A DNA stretch of 59,867 nucleotides, the filler included. It is 5 parts of 5 records of this genome, joined end to end, with 100 filler letters (N's around TTAATTAATTAA, not from the genome) between each part and the next. Parts side by side here need not be neighbours in the genome. Positions count along the whole stretch, not along the records: positions 18,301 to 38,029 come from SRR31156797_8854; positions 38,130 to 45,053 come from SRR31156797_8866; 3 more parts are not named here. One strand, written 5' to 3'. Positions 31,700-41,553 of this stretch are shown here, piece after piece. Both the position numbers and the translations under genes were made by a program. Position 1 is the first letter of the stretch; each line of letters begins with the position of its first letter. The notes beneath the pieces are model-generated. The model was not told the DNA's origin and did not search any database. It worked only from the letters and a program-made list of their open reading frames with translations.

Positions 31700-34030
31700 T
31701 TACCTGATTAACTTCTTCATTTTATTCAATAGCAAATAGGAAGAAATTGGTTTAGTTACATAATCATCACAACCAGCGTCCTTAGCTTTTTGAGCATCTT
31801 CAGCCATTGCAAAAGCCGTCTGAGCAATTATTGGTACGTCCGGAGCTAATTTTTTAATATATCTGGTAGCATCATACCCATTCAATTCGGGTAATCTTAT
31901 ATCCATTAAAATCATATCAATATTACGTTCTTTCACCATTTCAATGGCTTCATAACCTGTTCTTGCACGATAAACTTTAACCTTGTGTTTTTTAAAAATA
32001 GCAGCTAAATAGTGATAAGAAGTTTCCTCATCTTCAACAATCAAAACATCTAAACCATGAAAAGATGCCCATTCTCTAAACTCATCAGCTTTGTTTTCAG
32101 CAACATTTCCCGATTCATAAGGCAATGTAAATAAAAACTCTGATCCTTCTCCTTCATTTGAATCAACTTTAATTTCGCCACCAAGCAGCTCTACCAATCC
32201 TTTTGTAACTGCGAGACCCAACCCTGTTCCCCTATATACCTTATCTGCTGTATTCTCGAGCCTTCTAAAGCGTTCAAAAATCATTCGTTGTGCCATTTCC
32301 GGTATGCCAATGCCAGTATCTTTAATTATAAAGTTCAATTTCTTATTTTCAACGTATGTGTCAATACTTATTTTACCGGATTCAGTAAACTTCACTGCAT
32401 TTGATATTAGATTTTGGAAAATCTGCAACAACCTGCTTTTATCAGTATAAATCCAACCCTGTTGCCTATCAACCAATCCATTAAATTCCAACTCAATAGA
32501 CTTACCACTCATATCAACTTCTTTCAGATATATGCGCTCCAAATCTTTTAATAAATCGTTTAAATTAAAATCAACCTTATGTATCTTCAATACTTTTGCT
32601 TCAATCTTCGAAATATCAATAATATCGTCAATAAGCTGTAATAGTTGATGACTATTTTTTTCAATTAAAAGAAAGTATTCTTTTTTCTCATCCTGAGGGA
32701 TTTCATCTTGCAACAATAATTCAGCAAACCCGATTACACCATTCATGGGGGTGCGAATTTCATGTGACATATTGGCTAAAAATGATGATTTTAGACGGTC
32801 CGACTCTTCTGCAAGCATCTTGGCTTTAACCAACTCTCTTTCGGCTTGTTTCCTTGCTGTAACCTCTCTCACAATGGACAATACTGTGTCTCCAACACCC
32901 GGCACCAACCTTGACTCAAAATATGCATTTCTACCATCAAAGTTTAATTGGTATTCGTGAATAACATGTTGCCTGGTTCGAATAACCTGCTTTATATTTT
33001 TAATATTTTCAGTAGCAATATCAGCAGGAAGTATTTCCATTGCATTCTTACCAATAAAATGTTCTGGTTCAGATAGCAAGTTTTTAGATTGAGCTTTAGG
33101 AGCATGAAAATCAACAAAATCTCCATTTTTATCTTGAATAAACATCATATCAGGAATCGCACTCAACATGGCATTTTTTTCTTCCATCTTCTCCAGACGT
33201 TCCTTCTCAAGATACCTCATTTGAGTAACATCCTGAATTATACCGAATAAAAATGCAGGCTTACCATTTTCTTCAATAAGCTCACAATTAATGATATGAT
33301 AGTAATACTCTTTATTGACTTTTATAGTGTATTCAAAATCAAAAGTTTTTTCTTTAAAAATATCCTCACGCAATGCTTTACTAATGATGGCCCTTTCTTT
33401 CTGACTTAAAAACCCCAAATATTTACGCATACTAATTTTCTCATTAGCCGGCAAACCCAGTAATTGATGTATTTGATCAGAAAAGAATGTGTCATCGGTT
33501 TCAAGATCCCATTCAAAATAAGCCAACTTTGCAATTTGTTGAGCTCTTTTAAGCTTATATTCATTAGCTTCTAATCTTCGATGAATGTTTTTTCGATTGG
33601 TAACATCAGCTACCCAAAAAATCAGATTCTGTGAATTAACAGACTTAACTTTTGAGATATGACCTTCAAACCATTTTAACTGATTACCAATAGTTAATGA
33701 ATATTCTATGGTTGTTTGAACACCAGTTTTATTGACGGTTTTGATACCATCTATTGCTATTTTGGCCACATCGGGAGGCAATGCCTCATCAAATGTTTTA
33801 CCTAATAAGAAATTTCTTTCTTTATACAATAGTGATTCCTTATCAGTTAAAATGTCAAGATATGTTCCCTTTGGATCAATTAAAAAAACGATATCAGGTA
33901 ATGAATGAACAATGGCCTCAAGATATTCCAGATGTTCTTTTACTTTTTCACTACTAAGCAATGCCCTGAGGCGTTGATTCTCCGCTTCAAGATCTTCGAT
34001 CCTTTTTATATAATCTTTATCTTGACTCAT
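31700..34030 (-). CDS. Cytoplasmic PAS-domain hybrid histidine kinase / response regulator
   Basis: Three PAS-like segments, FLANMSHEIRTPMNG, GTGLGL, receiver ILMDIRLP...DYVTKP. Confidence 0.92.
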   Translation of the reverse strand: MSQDKDYIKRIEDLEAENQRLRALLSSEKVKEHLEYLEAIVHSLPDIVFLIDPKGTYLDILTDKESLLYKERNFLLGKTFDEALPPDVAKIAIDGIKTVNKTGVQTTIEYSLTIGNQLKWFEGHISKVKSVNSQNLIFWVADVTNRKNIHRRLEANEYKLKRAQQIAKLAYFEWDLETDDTFFSDQIHQLLGLPANEKISMRKYLGFLSQKERAIISKALREDIFKEKTFDFEYTIKVNKEYYYHIINCELIEENGKPAFLFGIIQDVTQMRYLEKERLEKMEEKNAMLSAIPDMMFIQDKNGDFVDFHAPKAQSKNLLSEPEHFIGKNAMEILPADIATENIKNIKQVIRTRQHVIHEYQLNFDGRNAYFESRLVPGVGDTVLSIVREVTARKQAERELVKAKMLAEESDRLKSSFLANMSHEIRTPMNGVIGFAELLLQDEIPQDEKKEYFLLIEKNSHQLLQLIDDIIDISKIEAKVLKIHKVDFNLNDLLKDLERIYLKEVDMSGKSIELEFNGLVDRQQGWIYTDKSRLLQIFQNLISNAVKFTESGKISIDTYVENKKLNFIIKDTGIGIPEMAQRMIFERFRRLENTADKVYRGTGLGLAVTKGLVELLGGEIKVDSNEGEGSEFLFTLPYESGNVAENKADEFREWASFHGLDVLIVEDEETSYHYLAAIFKKHKVKVYRARTGYEAIEMVKERNIDMILMDIRLPELNGYDATRYIKKLAPDVPIIAQTAFAMAEDAQKAKDAGCDDYVTKPISSYLLLNKMKKLIR

Positions 34031-34047
34031 ATTAGAGAATTAAAATT

Positions 34048-35130
34048 CTATGCGTCAACTTTTTTTGAAAATGGTAGTGTAAATGTAAATACGCTGCCTT
34101 TTTCAGGAGTACTTTCTACATATAAATCGCCATTATTTCTTTTGGCAAATTCTTTACAAAGGATCAGTCCTAGTCCAGTTCCCTCCTCATTATCTGTTCC
34201 TAATTTAGAGTTACTAAAACCAATCTTGAAAAGCTTTTCTTTTTCTTCTTCGGTAATTCCAATACCATTATCTTCAATACTTACTTTAATAAAATTTTGG
34301 TCTGAAAAGGCACTAATTTTCACTATGCCTTCTTTGTGTGTGAATTTTATAGCATTGGTAAGTATGTTTCTGATCATTGTATTTACCATGTCAGCATCAG
34401 CCCATGCTTCAACACCCTCATCTACATTTATCTCAATATCAATTTGTTTTAATTCAGCACTTGCCTTTACAAGGCTAACATTTTCCATAATAATTCTATG
34501 AATATTGATGTTTCTTGGTTTAAAAGATAACCTACCAGTTTGGGCTCGAGACCATTGAAGTAGGTTTTCAAGTAAAGAATGGAGTTGTTTTGATGAACGA
34601 TAAATTAGATTTATAAACTCTTGTTTTTCATCATCTGTAAAGGATTGCAAGTCCTGTGCTAAGACTTCTGTCAGTCCTAAAAATCCAGCAATAGGGTTTT
34701 TCAGATCGTGGGCTATGATAGAGAAAAACTTATCTTTACTTTTATTTAATTCATCCAGCTGCTTGCGTTGTTTTTCTATTTCCTTTTTTTGAAAGTTGAT
34801 GATATTATAGGCTTTACGCAAATCAACCATTTTACCAAAAAGCTCTATTGTTCTCTGGCGGAATTTATTATTTGTGCGCTCAAGTGCTCTTCTTTTCTTA
34901 TTAATTTCTTCATTCTTTTTCTCAAGCTCTTCATTTTGTATACTAATGATATTTTTGGCCTTTTTAAGATCAATCATTTTACCAAAAAGATCAATAGTAC
35001 GCTGTCTTGATTTTTGATGTTGCAGTTCAATTTTATCGCGCTGATTTTCCAGCACTTCATTTTTTAATCGAACTTCCTTAATAAGATCAGTTAACCTCTT
35101 TTTCTCTGAATTGCTAAATTCCTCTTCCAT
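34048..35130 (-). CDS. Histidine kinase with repeated coiled-coil N-terminus
   Basis: KDKFFSIIAHDLKNP, NILTNAIKFT, GTGLGL; no TM or PAS domain; TAGTTTTG promoter element at 35148-35155. Confidence 0.88.
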   Translation of the reverse strand: MEEEFSNSEKKRLTDLIKEVRLKNEVLENQRDKIELQHQKSRQRTIDLFGKMIDLKKAKNIISIQNEELEKKNEEINKKRRALERTNNKFRQRTIELFGKMVDLRKAYNIINFQKKEIEKQRKQLDELNKSKDKFFSIIAHDLKNPIAGFLGLTEVLAQDLQSFTDDEKQEFINLIYRSSKQLHSLLENLLQWSRAQTGRLSFKPRNINIHRIIMENVSLVKASAELKQIDIEINVDEGVEAWADADMVNTMIRNILTNAIKFTHKEGIVKISAFSDQNFIKVSIEDNGIGITEEEKEKLFKIGFSNSKLGTDNEEGTGLGLILCKEFAKRNNGDLYVESTPEKGSVFTFTLPFSKKVDA

Positions 35131-35337
35131 CCACAAATTGATTTTTGCAAAACTACAAAAATATATTTTCCAATAACACTATTTAAATGTCTTTGATTAG
35201 TTATTTAAACTTTTGATTTTCAATAAAATTTAAAAAAGTAATAGTTTTTATGGATAAATATATTTGTCTCAAATGCATTCATGCGTATCTTCGCAAAGTT
35301 TCTATAATATTTATATTCCAGATCAAGATACAATTTT

Positions 35338-36072
35338 ATGCACTTAATTAAAAGAGTTTTATTTAAAATACTTGGTTTACAAAAATATTTGCAAACCATC
35401 CGAAACATTTTCTTTTTTAGTTACAATAATGGTTTGTTAAAAAACAAAGAAGAATATTATGTTCACTATTATGTGAAAAACCTAATAAATAAAGGGGATA
35501 CGATTATTGATATTGGTGCAAATCTCGGTTATTACAGTAAAATATTCGGTAAACTGACAGGTGAAAACGGGAATGTTTATGCTGTTGAACCTGTTAAAGT
35601 TTTCAGGAAAGTTCTGGAAGGCAGCATACGTAGGTTATCAAATGTAACAGTTCTTCCATATGCTCTTGGATTAGAAGATGGGAAAAAAATTGCTATGGGT
35701 TTACCACTTACAAGCAAGTATTTAAGTCACGGGAGAACGAAAATTGTAGATTCCAAACCCAATGACACATACGCCTATGAATTTATGGCGGAAATGAAAC
35801 ATCCAAATACGCTTTTCTCGTCTATTAATAAAATTGATTACATCAAATGTGATATTGAAGGATATGAGATTGTAGTATTTCCAGCCATGAAAGAATTGAT
35901 TGAAAAACACAAACCAACAATCCAAATTGAAACTGATGGTGAAAACAAAAAGGTAATTCTTGACTTATTATTACCTATGGGTTACAAAGTATTTTATGTT
36001 GCTAAAGATGGACTTCGAGATTATGATCCATCACATGTTGGGTTCACAGGTGATTTGATTTTTATGCAATAA
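35338..36072 (+). CDS. FkbM family methyltransferase
   Basis: IDIGANLGYYS, VYAVEP, IDYIKCDIEGYE. Confidence 0.9.
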   Translation: MHLIKRVLFKILGLQKYLQTIRNIFFFSYNNGLLKNKEEYYVHYYVKNLINKGDTIIDIGANLGYYSKIFGKLTGENGNVYAVEPVKVFRKVLEGSIRRLSNVTVLPYALGLEDGKKIAMGLPLTSKYLSHGRTKIVDSKPNDTYAYEFMAEMKHPNTLFSSINKIDYIKCDIEGYEIVVFPAMKELIEKHKPTIQIETDGENKKVILDLLLPMGYKVFYVAKDGLRDYDPSHVGFTGDLIFMQ

Positions 36073-36073
36073 T

Positions 36074-36112
36074 AAAAAATTGCCCGGCCTTACTTCTTTG
36101 TTGCCGGGCAAC
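36074..36112. terminator. Terminator between convergent genes
   Basis: AAAAAATTGCCCGGC...GCCGGGCAA. Confidence 0.7.
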
Positions 36113-36119
36113 AATAATT

Positions 36120-36287
36120 CTATGAGTGACCACCGATCACAATTCTCATTATTTTTAAATTCAAAACAATAAACCTCCATATCTGCCAAATAATACTTTT
36201 TCTAAAAAACCTTGTAGCAGGTCCAGGAATTGTAGTAAAGGCACCATTATCATAAGGATCTATTTCTTTATTTCTTCTTATCTTCAT
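36120..36287 (-). CDS. Small (55 aa) amphipathic protein downstream of SQR
   Basis: MKIRRNKEIDPYDNGAFTTIPGPATRFFRKSIIWQIWRFIVLNLKIMRIVIGGHS, between the SQR stop and the terminator. Confidence 0.65.
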   Translation of the reverse strand: MKIRRNKEIDPYDNGAFTTIPGPATRFFRKSIIWQIWRFIVLNLKIMRIVIGGHS

Positions 36288-36310
36288 TTTTACAGATTTT
36301 AGTTCAACAA

Positions 36311-37771
36311 TTATTCTGGAATCAAATGCCAAAGGAATTTTGCTTTAGCCTTATAAAGAAACATATAATGCAGAACCAGCTTCACCCAGTGACCGGCTAA
36401 ACCAGCTTCACCAACTGTATACCTAATATCTCTTCCCCAATCAGGATATTTTTCAAAGTCCTGCACAATGGGGAATACGGTCATTGTAGCTGCAAGTCCA
36501 CTTCTGAAACCATAACCTGCTGAAACTACACAAGCAGCTCCCATTCTGGCCATTGAAGCTTTGTGTTTATGATCATTCGATTTTTTCTTTATACGATCAG
36601 CAATATTTTGAGCTACAATTTTCCCCATAACACCTGATGGCATTCCTGTTCGTGGAGGTGTTGGAAATATTTCAGTTCCATTTTTACTCTTCATCGGTTT
36701 TGAAATACCGTGAGGAGGAGCAAAAGCAATTCCCGGAGCATACATATTTGAGAACTCCGGATTTTGATAAATTGTTGGCCAATCATCACCAGACCACTCT
36801 TCATATGGCTTTGCTGTATAATCAGCATCAACTTTCATAAATCCATTTGGTGCGAATACCTTTGAAGTAATATCTTCACCATTCTTATCATAAGTAGCTA
36901 AATTAATTCCGCTAAATGAAGGAATTAGCATTGCATAATCATAACTAATTTCATGACTTTCACCGTCTAGAGTTTCATACTGAATGGTTTTTTCATCTAC
37001 CTTTTTGACACCTGCTCTATTGATCCATCGGATACCATATTCAGCTAAAATAGACTCTGTAAAAACTTTGGTAGAAGTAATATAACCATTTCGTTTTACA
37101 TATGCCCCTCCCATTCCAAAGTCGCCAACTTCATATTCATTTGTTATCCAAACAATATCGGCCAGTTTATTTAGCTTTCTTTTATTAATTTCATGCGCAA
37201 TATTTAATGCATATTCAAAAGCTGCTCCCTGGCACGTAGCTTTAGGATGACCTGTACCAATCACAATGGTTTGTTTCTCACCCTTTTCTAATTTTTCAAA
37301 TACAACTTTTAAATTCTCCCAGGCTTCTTCTGCATGTGGATACGTACATACAGATTGTACTAACCCAGTTTCAGGCCCCAAACCTGGAGTCATATCAAAA
37401 CGAAGTCTTGGACCGGTTGCATTTACTAAATAGTCATACTCAATCTTAACTTCTTCTCCTGCCTTTTCTTTGCTTGTATATTCCGCTTTAAGATAGGATT
37501 TATCACTTTGGGCATCACCCTCTGGATAAAGAGATACCGCTTTAGCCTGATGATATTCAATCTTTTGCTTTTTATAAACCGGAGCTAAATCAAAAATTAC
37601 TTTTTCAGATTTCATCCGTCCAATTCCTACCCAAATATTTGAAGGAACCCACTGATAGTTTTTATTAGGACTTACAACAACGACATTATGTTTTTTGCCT
37701 AATTTCCGCTTTAGAGTCAGAGCCGCAGTATGTCCAGATATACCCGCTCCAAGAACAACAACTTGTGCCAT
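36311..37771 (-). CDS. sqr: Sulfide:quinone oxidoreductase family flavoprotein
   Basis: VVVLGAGISG, WVPSNIWVG, YDYLVNATG, SVC, TCQGAAFEY, PPRTG, AAC; amphipathic C-terminus. Confidence 0.8.
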   Translation of the reverse strand: MAQVVVLGAGISGHTAALTLKRKLGKKHNVVVVSPNKNYQWVPSNIWVGIGRMKSEKVIFDLAPVYKKQKIEYHQAKAVSLYPEGDAQSDKSYLKAEYTSKEKAGEEVKIEYDYLVNATGPRLRFDMTPGLGPETGLVQSVCTYPHAEEAWENLKVVFEKLEKGEKQTIVIGTGHPKATCQGAAFEYALNIAHEINKRKLNKLADIVWITNEYEVGDFGMGGAYVKRNGYITSTKVFTESILAEYGIRWINRAGVKKVDEKTIQYETLDGESHEISYDYAMLIPSFSGINLATYDKNGEDITSKVFAPNGFMKVDADYTAKPYEEWSGDDWPTIYQNPEFSNMYAPGIAFAPPHGISKPMKSKNGTEIFPTPPRTGMPSGVMGKIVAQNIADRIKKKSNDHKHKASMARMGAACVVSAGYGFRSGLAATMTVFPIVQDFEKYPDWGRDIRYTVGEAGLAGHWVKLVLHYMFLYKAKAKFLWHLIPE

Positions 37772-38029
37772 AATATTTAAATTGTAAATTACATTTCGAT
37801 ATATATAGAGGTTTCGATACGAATATACAATTTTTTTCCAAATAATACGAGTTTGACTAAATGCGCTAAGTCAAGATTTTGGTTCTAATAACGCAATAAA
37901 AAAGTATAGGAAGATATATCTGTTTGGCTAATTTAACATGAGTTTCAACATAAATTCTGAAATCAGAACGCTTGTAGGTTGTAAGTTTCGAATGGGTAAT
38001 ATGAAGACATAGCGGGCTATTTCGAGTAA

Positions 38030-38129
38030 NNNNNNNNNNNNNNNNNNNNNNNNNNNNNNNNNNNNNNNNNNNNTTAATTAATTAANNNNNNNNNNNNNNN
38101 NNNNNNNNNNNNNNNNNNNNNNNNNNNNN
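38030..38129. other. Artificial contig linker
   Basis: Same N44-TTAATTAATTAA-N44 structure. Confidence 0.98.
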
Positions 38130-38317
38130 ACCATATTAACGGCTCCGATCTCAGATTCCGCTTGTAGAAAAGTACCTCCCAGCAAAGGAAAATAATAAGC
38201 GGCTGCTTCAGCAATTTCGCTGGCAGGTGTGATCGGGTAACCAAAGAAATTTTTACATCCGGCAAGCAAGGCGCCGCGTACGACAGCTTCATTACCTTTT
38301 ATAAGAACCTTTGACAT
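38130..38317 (-). CDS. 2-oxoacid:ferredoxin oxidoreductase alpha subunit (VorB-like), N-terminal fragment
   Basis: [28 protein letters not shown]...[13 protein letters not shown]. Confidence 0.9.
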
Positions 38318-38331
38318 ATATACCTCAAATT

Positions 38332-38661
38332 CTATTTGTTAACGGGTTTCAAACAATCGATGCAATAAGTTCGGCCACCCCGGTTATCCGGAATGATCTT
38401 GACCTTTGCATCACAATGCGGGCAATGGCCTTCTTCAAGGCCTTCAATATTTCTGACTACAGTGATCGCCCGCGGTTCGGGGCAAGTATAAAAACAGGTT
38501 CCGCAGCCGGTGCATCCTTCGCCCTTGTAGTGTGAGGGACGATATCCCATGGAGTTCAAACCGTCAGCATACTCCAGGACGTTTACCGGGCAAGCGTCAA
38601 TACAAAGGCCGCAACCTTTGCAATCGTCAACCTGTATCAGTACACGATTAATGACTGCCAT
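38332..38661 (-). CDS. 2x[4Fe-4S] ferredoxin, oxidoreductase delta subunit, with extra Cys4 tail
   Basis: [12 protein letters not shown] and [13 protein letters not shown]; tail CPHC...CIDC. Confidence 0.88.
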   Translation of the reverse strand: MAVINRVLIQVDDCKGCGLCIDACPVNVLEYADGLNSMGYRPSHYKGEGCTGCGTCFYTCPEPRAITVVRNIEGLEEGHCPHCDAKVKIIPDNRGGRTYCIDCLKPVNK

Positions 38662-38975
38662 ATTTTCTCCTTAATACTGATCGCGGTAATAAGTGCGATC
38701 CAACCAAATTTGACTATTTTTTCTGAATTCAATGTACAAAAAAGAAGTTTCACAAAAAAGTAAATTTGCAGATAAAACCTAAATAAAACGGAAATTTACA
38801 AGTGTAAACAATGCGTAAAATTGTACGAATTTCCGTTGTTCGTTTATGAATTTAAGATTGATAAATATTAAAAATAATTAAGAATAATCGACGATTTGTA
38901 AGCGGCAAAATATAAAGAACTGGTTCTGGTATCCGTCGTTATGCACATCATCTTTATATTTAATAAACATTGTTG

Positions 38976-39070
38976 TGGTAGAGGCGCAGCATTGCTGCGT
39001 CTCAAAATGAAAATATTAAGCATATTTATGGGGGAATTATACAAGACGCAGCAGTGCTGCGTCTCTACCA
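38976..39070. repeat. Inverted pair of GTAG-family REP palindromes (REPIN-like)
   Basis: GTAGAGGCGCAGCATTGCTGCGTCTC (38978-39003) and the inverted AGACGCAGCAGTGCTGCGTCTCTAC (39044-39068). Confidence 0.8.
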
Positions 39071-39119
39071 TGATATTTTAAATGGAACTTATAAATTTAA
39101 TAGGAATATTTATTCAATC

Positions 39120-40193
39120 TCACTGAAACAACCTCAACACATCATTTACGATCGCAAGGATGAGCAATCCGAACAATAAAAACATCCCGATCTGTTGGAT
39201 GAGCATTTTGGTCTTGATCCTCATTTCGCGACGCATAATGCCTTCGGCAATAGCAATAATAATATGACCACCATCAAGTCCGGGAATGGGAAGAATATTC
39301 AATAAGGCCAGATTGACACTTAAGATACCGATCAATCCTATAAAAGGCATAATCCCAGCCTTTGCCGATTCACCGGCCAGCTGTCCGATAAAGATCACAC
39401 CGCCGACATTCTTGAAGCTTTCTTGTCCCGTGACAAGAAGTTTTAAAGATACAAAAGTCATGTTCAGCCAGTAACCGGTGGTTTTGAATCCTTGTCCGAT
39501 AGCACCGAAAAATCCCGCTTTTTCAGTCGTAACGACAGGTGAGACCCCGATCATGCCAACATGGACCAATTTGCCTTTTTCGATCTGTTTTTGTAATTGA
39601 GGCGTAAGATTTGTGGTATATTCAGCACCTTCACGAAGGTAGGTTACTTCGATCTGCACATCTCCGTTGGCACGGGTATATGTAGCCATTTCATCCCAGG
39701 AATTGATATCATTACCATTGATCTGTAGAATACGGTCACCCGACTGCAAACCGGCAAGTCCCGCGGGTGCTTCTGCCACAACATAATCAAGCACAGGCTC
39801 TTCGCTGGAAACAGAGATTCCCTGAATACCACTCATGATGGAAAAGATCAGAACCGCTAATAACAGGTTCATTAAAATACCTGCTATCGTAGCGAATATC
39901 TTTTGCCAGGTTTTCTTTGCCCGGTATTCCCAGGGCTGGGGAGGAAGGCCCTCAAACGAGGTATCCATGCTTTCATCGATCATGCCGGACATACGTACAT
40001 ATCCGCCAAAGGGGATAGCCCCAATGGCATAAACCGTATCACCGACCTTTTTCTTGAAAATGTTGGGTGGGAAACCCAAGGAAAATGTTTCAACTCGTAT
40101 ACCAACAGCTTTAGCGGCCAGAAAATGTCCCAATTCATGAACAAAGACCAAAATACTCAACAGTACGATCGTTGCAAGCAAATATATCATCAA
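39120..40193 (-). CDS. rseP: RIP metalloprotease RseP
   Basis: HELGHF, FSLGF, AIPFGGYVRM, PDZ domain, NILPIPGLDGGH. Confidence 0.95.
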   Translation of the reverse strand: MMIYLLATIVLLSILVFVHELGHFLAAKAVGIRVETFSLGFPPNIFKKKVGDTVYAIGAIPFGGYVRMSGMIDESMDTSFEGLPPQPWEYRAKKTWQKIFATIAGILMNLLLAVLIFSIMSGIQGISVSSEEPVLDYVVAEAPAGLAGLQSGDRILQINGNDINSWDEMATYTRANGDVQIEVTYLREGAEYTTNLTPQLQKQIEKGKLVHVGMIGVSPVVTTEKAGFFGAIGQGFKTTGYWLNMTFVSLKLLVTGQESFKNVGGVIFIGQLAGESAKAGIMPFIGLIGILSVNLALLNILPIPGLDGGHIIIAIAEGIMRREMRIKTKMLIQQIGMFLLFGLLILAIVNDVLRLFQ

Positions 40194-40247
40194 ATCTCCA
40201 TTAATATTTTTAAAGTTACTCTAAACTTCGATACTCCAATGCTCCAA

Positions 40248-41459
40248 TTAGAGTGTCAACACCTTATCCCATAGCAGGGTTCCCGAAGAAGTGAATTTCA
40301 TAATATCAAGATCACCCGTTTCACGCCAGTCATACTCTTCATCGAGATTTCTCGTGATGACCAGCAAGTCGCCACCGGGTATTTCGCGAACACCCATGGG
40401 GATCTTTCTATCATATATTCTAAGCCATTCTTCATCGCCATCGGCCGATAATTTTGATACCCAGCCTTGAGTTGTATCGAATAGGTAAACATAAGATTGA
40501 CTTCGGATTCCGCAGATCACAAGCGAACCGTCAGACGTTTCGATAAGCGCATTGGCATTTTCTCTGAGCGTATTGCCGATCGCCTTTGTCCATAACTTAT
40601 CACCATTTGCAGAGAGTTTGATAAGATAGATCTGTTCTCCGGAATTCAATCCCCAATTTACATTAGTCGAATCATAAAGATTCAATTCCCCGGTGATCAG
40701 GATAGATCCGTCATTCAACTCTTTGACAAAGTTGACATTATCATATCTATCGCCACCATAAGTTCCTGTCCAAAGTGTATCTCCACTTGAGTTAATCCTT
40801 GCGGCAAGTATTTGTGTACTCATATCTTCGATAAACATTTCACCAATAGCAATACATCCGCCATCAGATAGAGGAACACCGCTTCTCAGAGTAACATTCC
40901 TTGAGTTGGTTTGAATGGATCTGCTCCATAATGTATCACCATCGGTTTCTACTCTATAGTATGCTATCTTATCATAGTAATCATCCGAATCCAGCCATCC
41001 CAGAACAAATAATTCACCATTGGTTGCAGGGATCACACCGCTGGTTTGATCTGCCATGGACATATCCCAGACAGGTGTACCTGTCGGAGTATAAACAGCC
41101 GTTGAAAAATACCAGCTGTAACTTTCACTGGACAGGTTACCGAACAACATTATATTACCGTCATCTAACAGGTGTTGATCTCTGATATAAGGGCGATTCT
41201 CGTAAGAGACGCCATGTGAGGTGAGCATATTACCGGATGTATCGATACTAATGAACATCAAGGAGTCATAATACTCCCACATATCATTATTTCTGACGGA
41301 TTTTGTTGCCAAAATTGAGTAGTTATCATTACCGTCGGGATAAAGTCCAAGCACATTGATTTCCGTTGTGAACTCTTCCTCTTCTTCAGGAGGGGTCGAG
41401 CATGCGAAAAGAGCAAGTAAGATCAATAAAATTGGGAAAATCAGACGGGAAAATTTCAT
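40248..41459 (-). CDS. Lipoprotein with beta-propeller-like repeats
   Basis: LFAC lipobox; repeats DGDTLW, SGDTLW, NGDKLW, DGDEEW, SGTLLW. Confidence 0.7.
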   Translation of the reverse strand: MKFSRLIFPILLILLALFACSTPPEEEEEFTTEINVLGLYPDGNDNYSILATKSVRNNDMWEYYDSLMFISIDTSGNMLTSHGVSYENRPYIRDQHLLDDGNIMLFGNLSSESYSWYFSTAVYTPTGTPVWDMSMADQTSGVIPATNGELFVLGWLDSDDYYDKIAYYRVETDGDTLWSRSIQTNSRNVTLRSGVPLSDGGCIAIGEMFIEDMSTQILAARINSSGDTLWTGTYGGDRYDNVNFVKELNDGSILITGELNLYDSTNVNWGLNSGEQIYLIKLSANGDKLWTKAIGNTLRENANALIETSDGSLVICGIRSQSYVYLFDTTQGWVSKLSADGDEEWLRIYDRKIPMGVREIPGGDLLVITRNLDEEYDWRETGDLDIMKFTSSGTLLWDKVLTL

Positions 41460-41553
41460 AGTATCCTTTATAGTTACGAAATGAAAATAATTAAATAGCT
41501 TCCTTTTTACAAGGTTTTCATTATATTACTTTTCAATGAAATAAAGGAAAAAC

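Noticed and set aside
33905-34501. 198-aa plus-strand ORF
   Set aside because: Antisense shadow of the HATPase domain; no independent motifs. The same applies to most short opposite-strand ORFs in the track.
37868-38027. Open minus-strand frame ending ...LPILFYCVIRTKILT at the contig end
   Set aside because: Possibly the tail of a truncated gene, but there is no recognisable motif.
38074-38292. ORFs spanning the N linker
   Set aside because: Artefacts; only the oxidoreductase frame up to 38130 is supported.
38735-38756. Rex-like TTCACAA site upstream of the ferredoxin gene
   Set aside because: Only one half-site is present.
38868-39071. 67-aa ORF MVETQHCCV...
   Set aside because: Translation through the REP palindromes.
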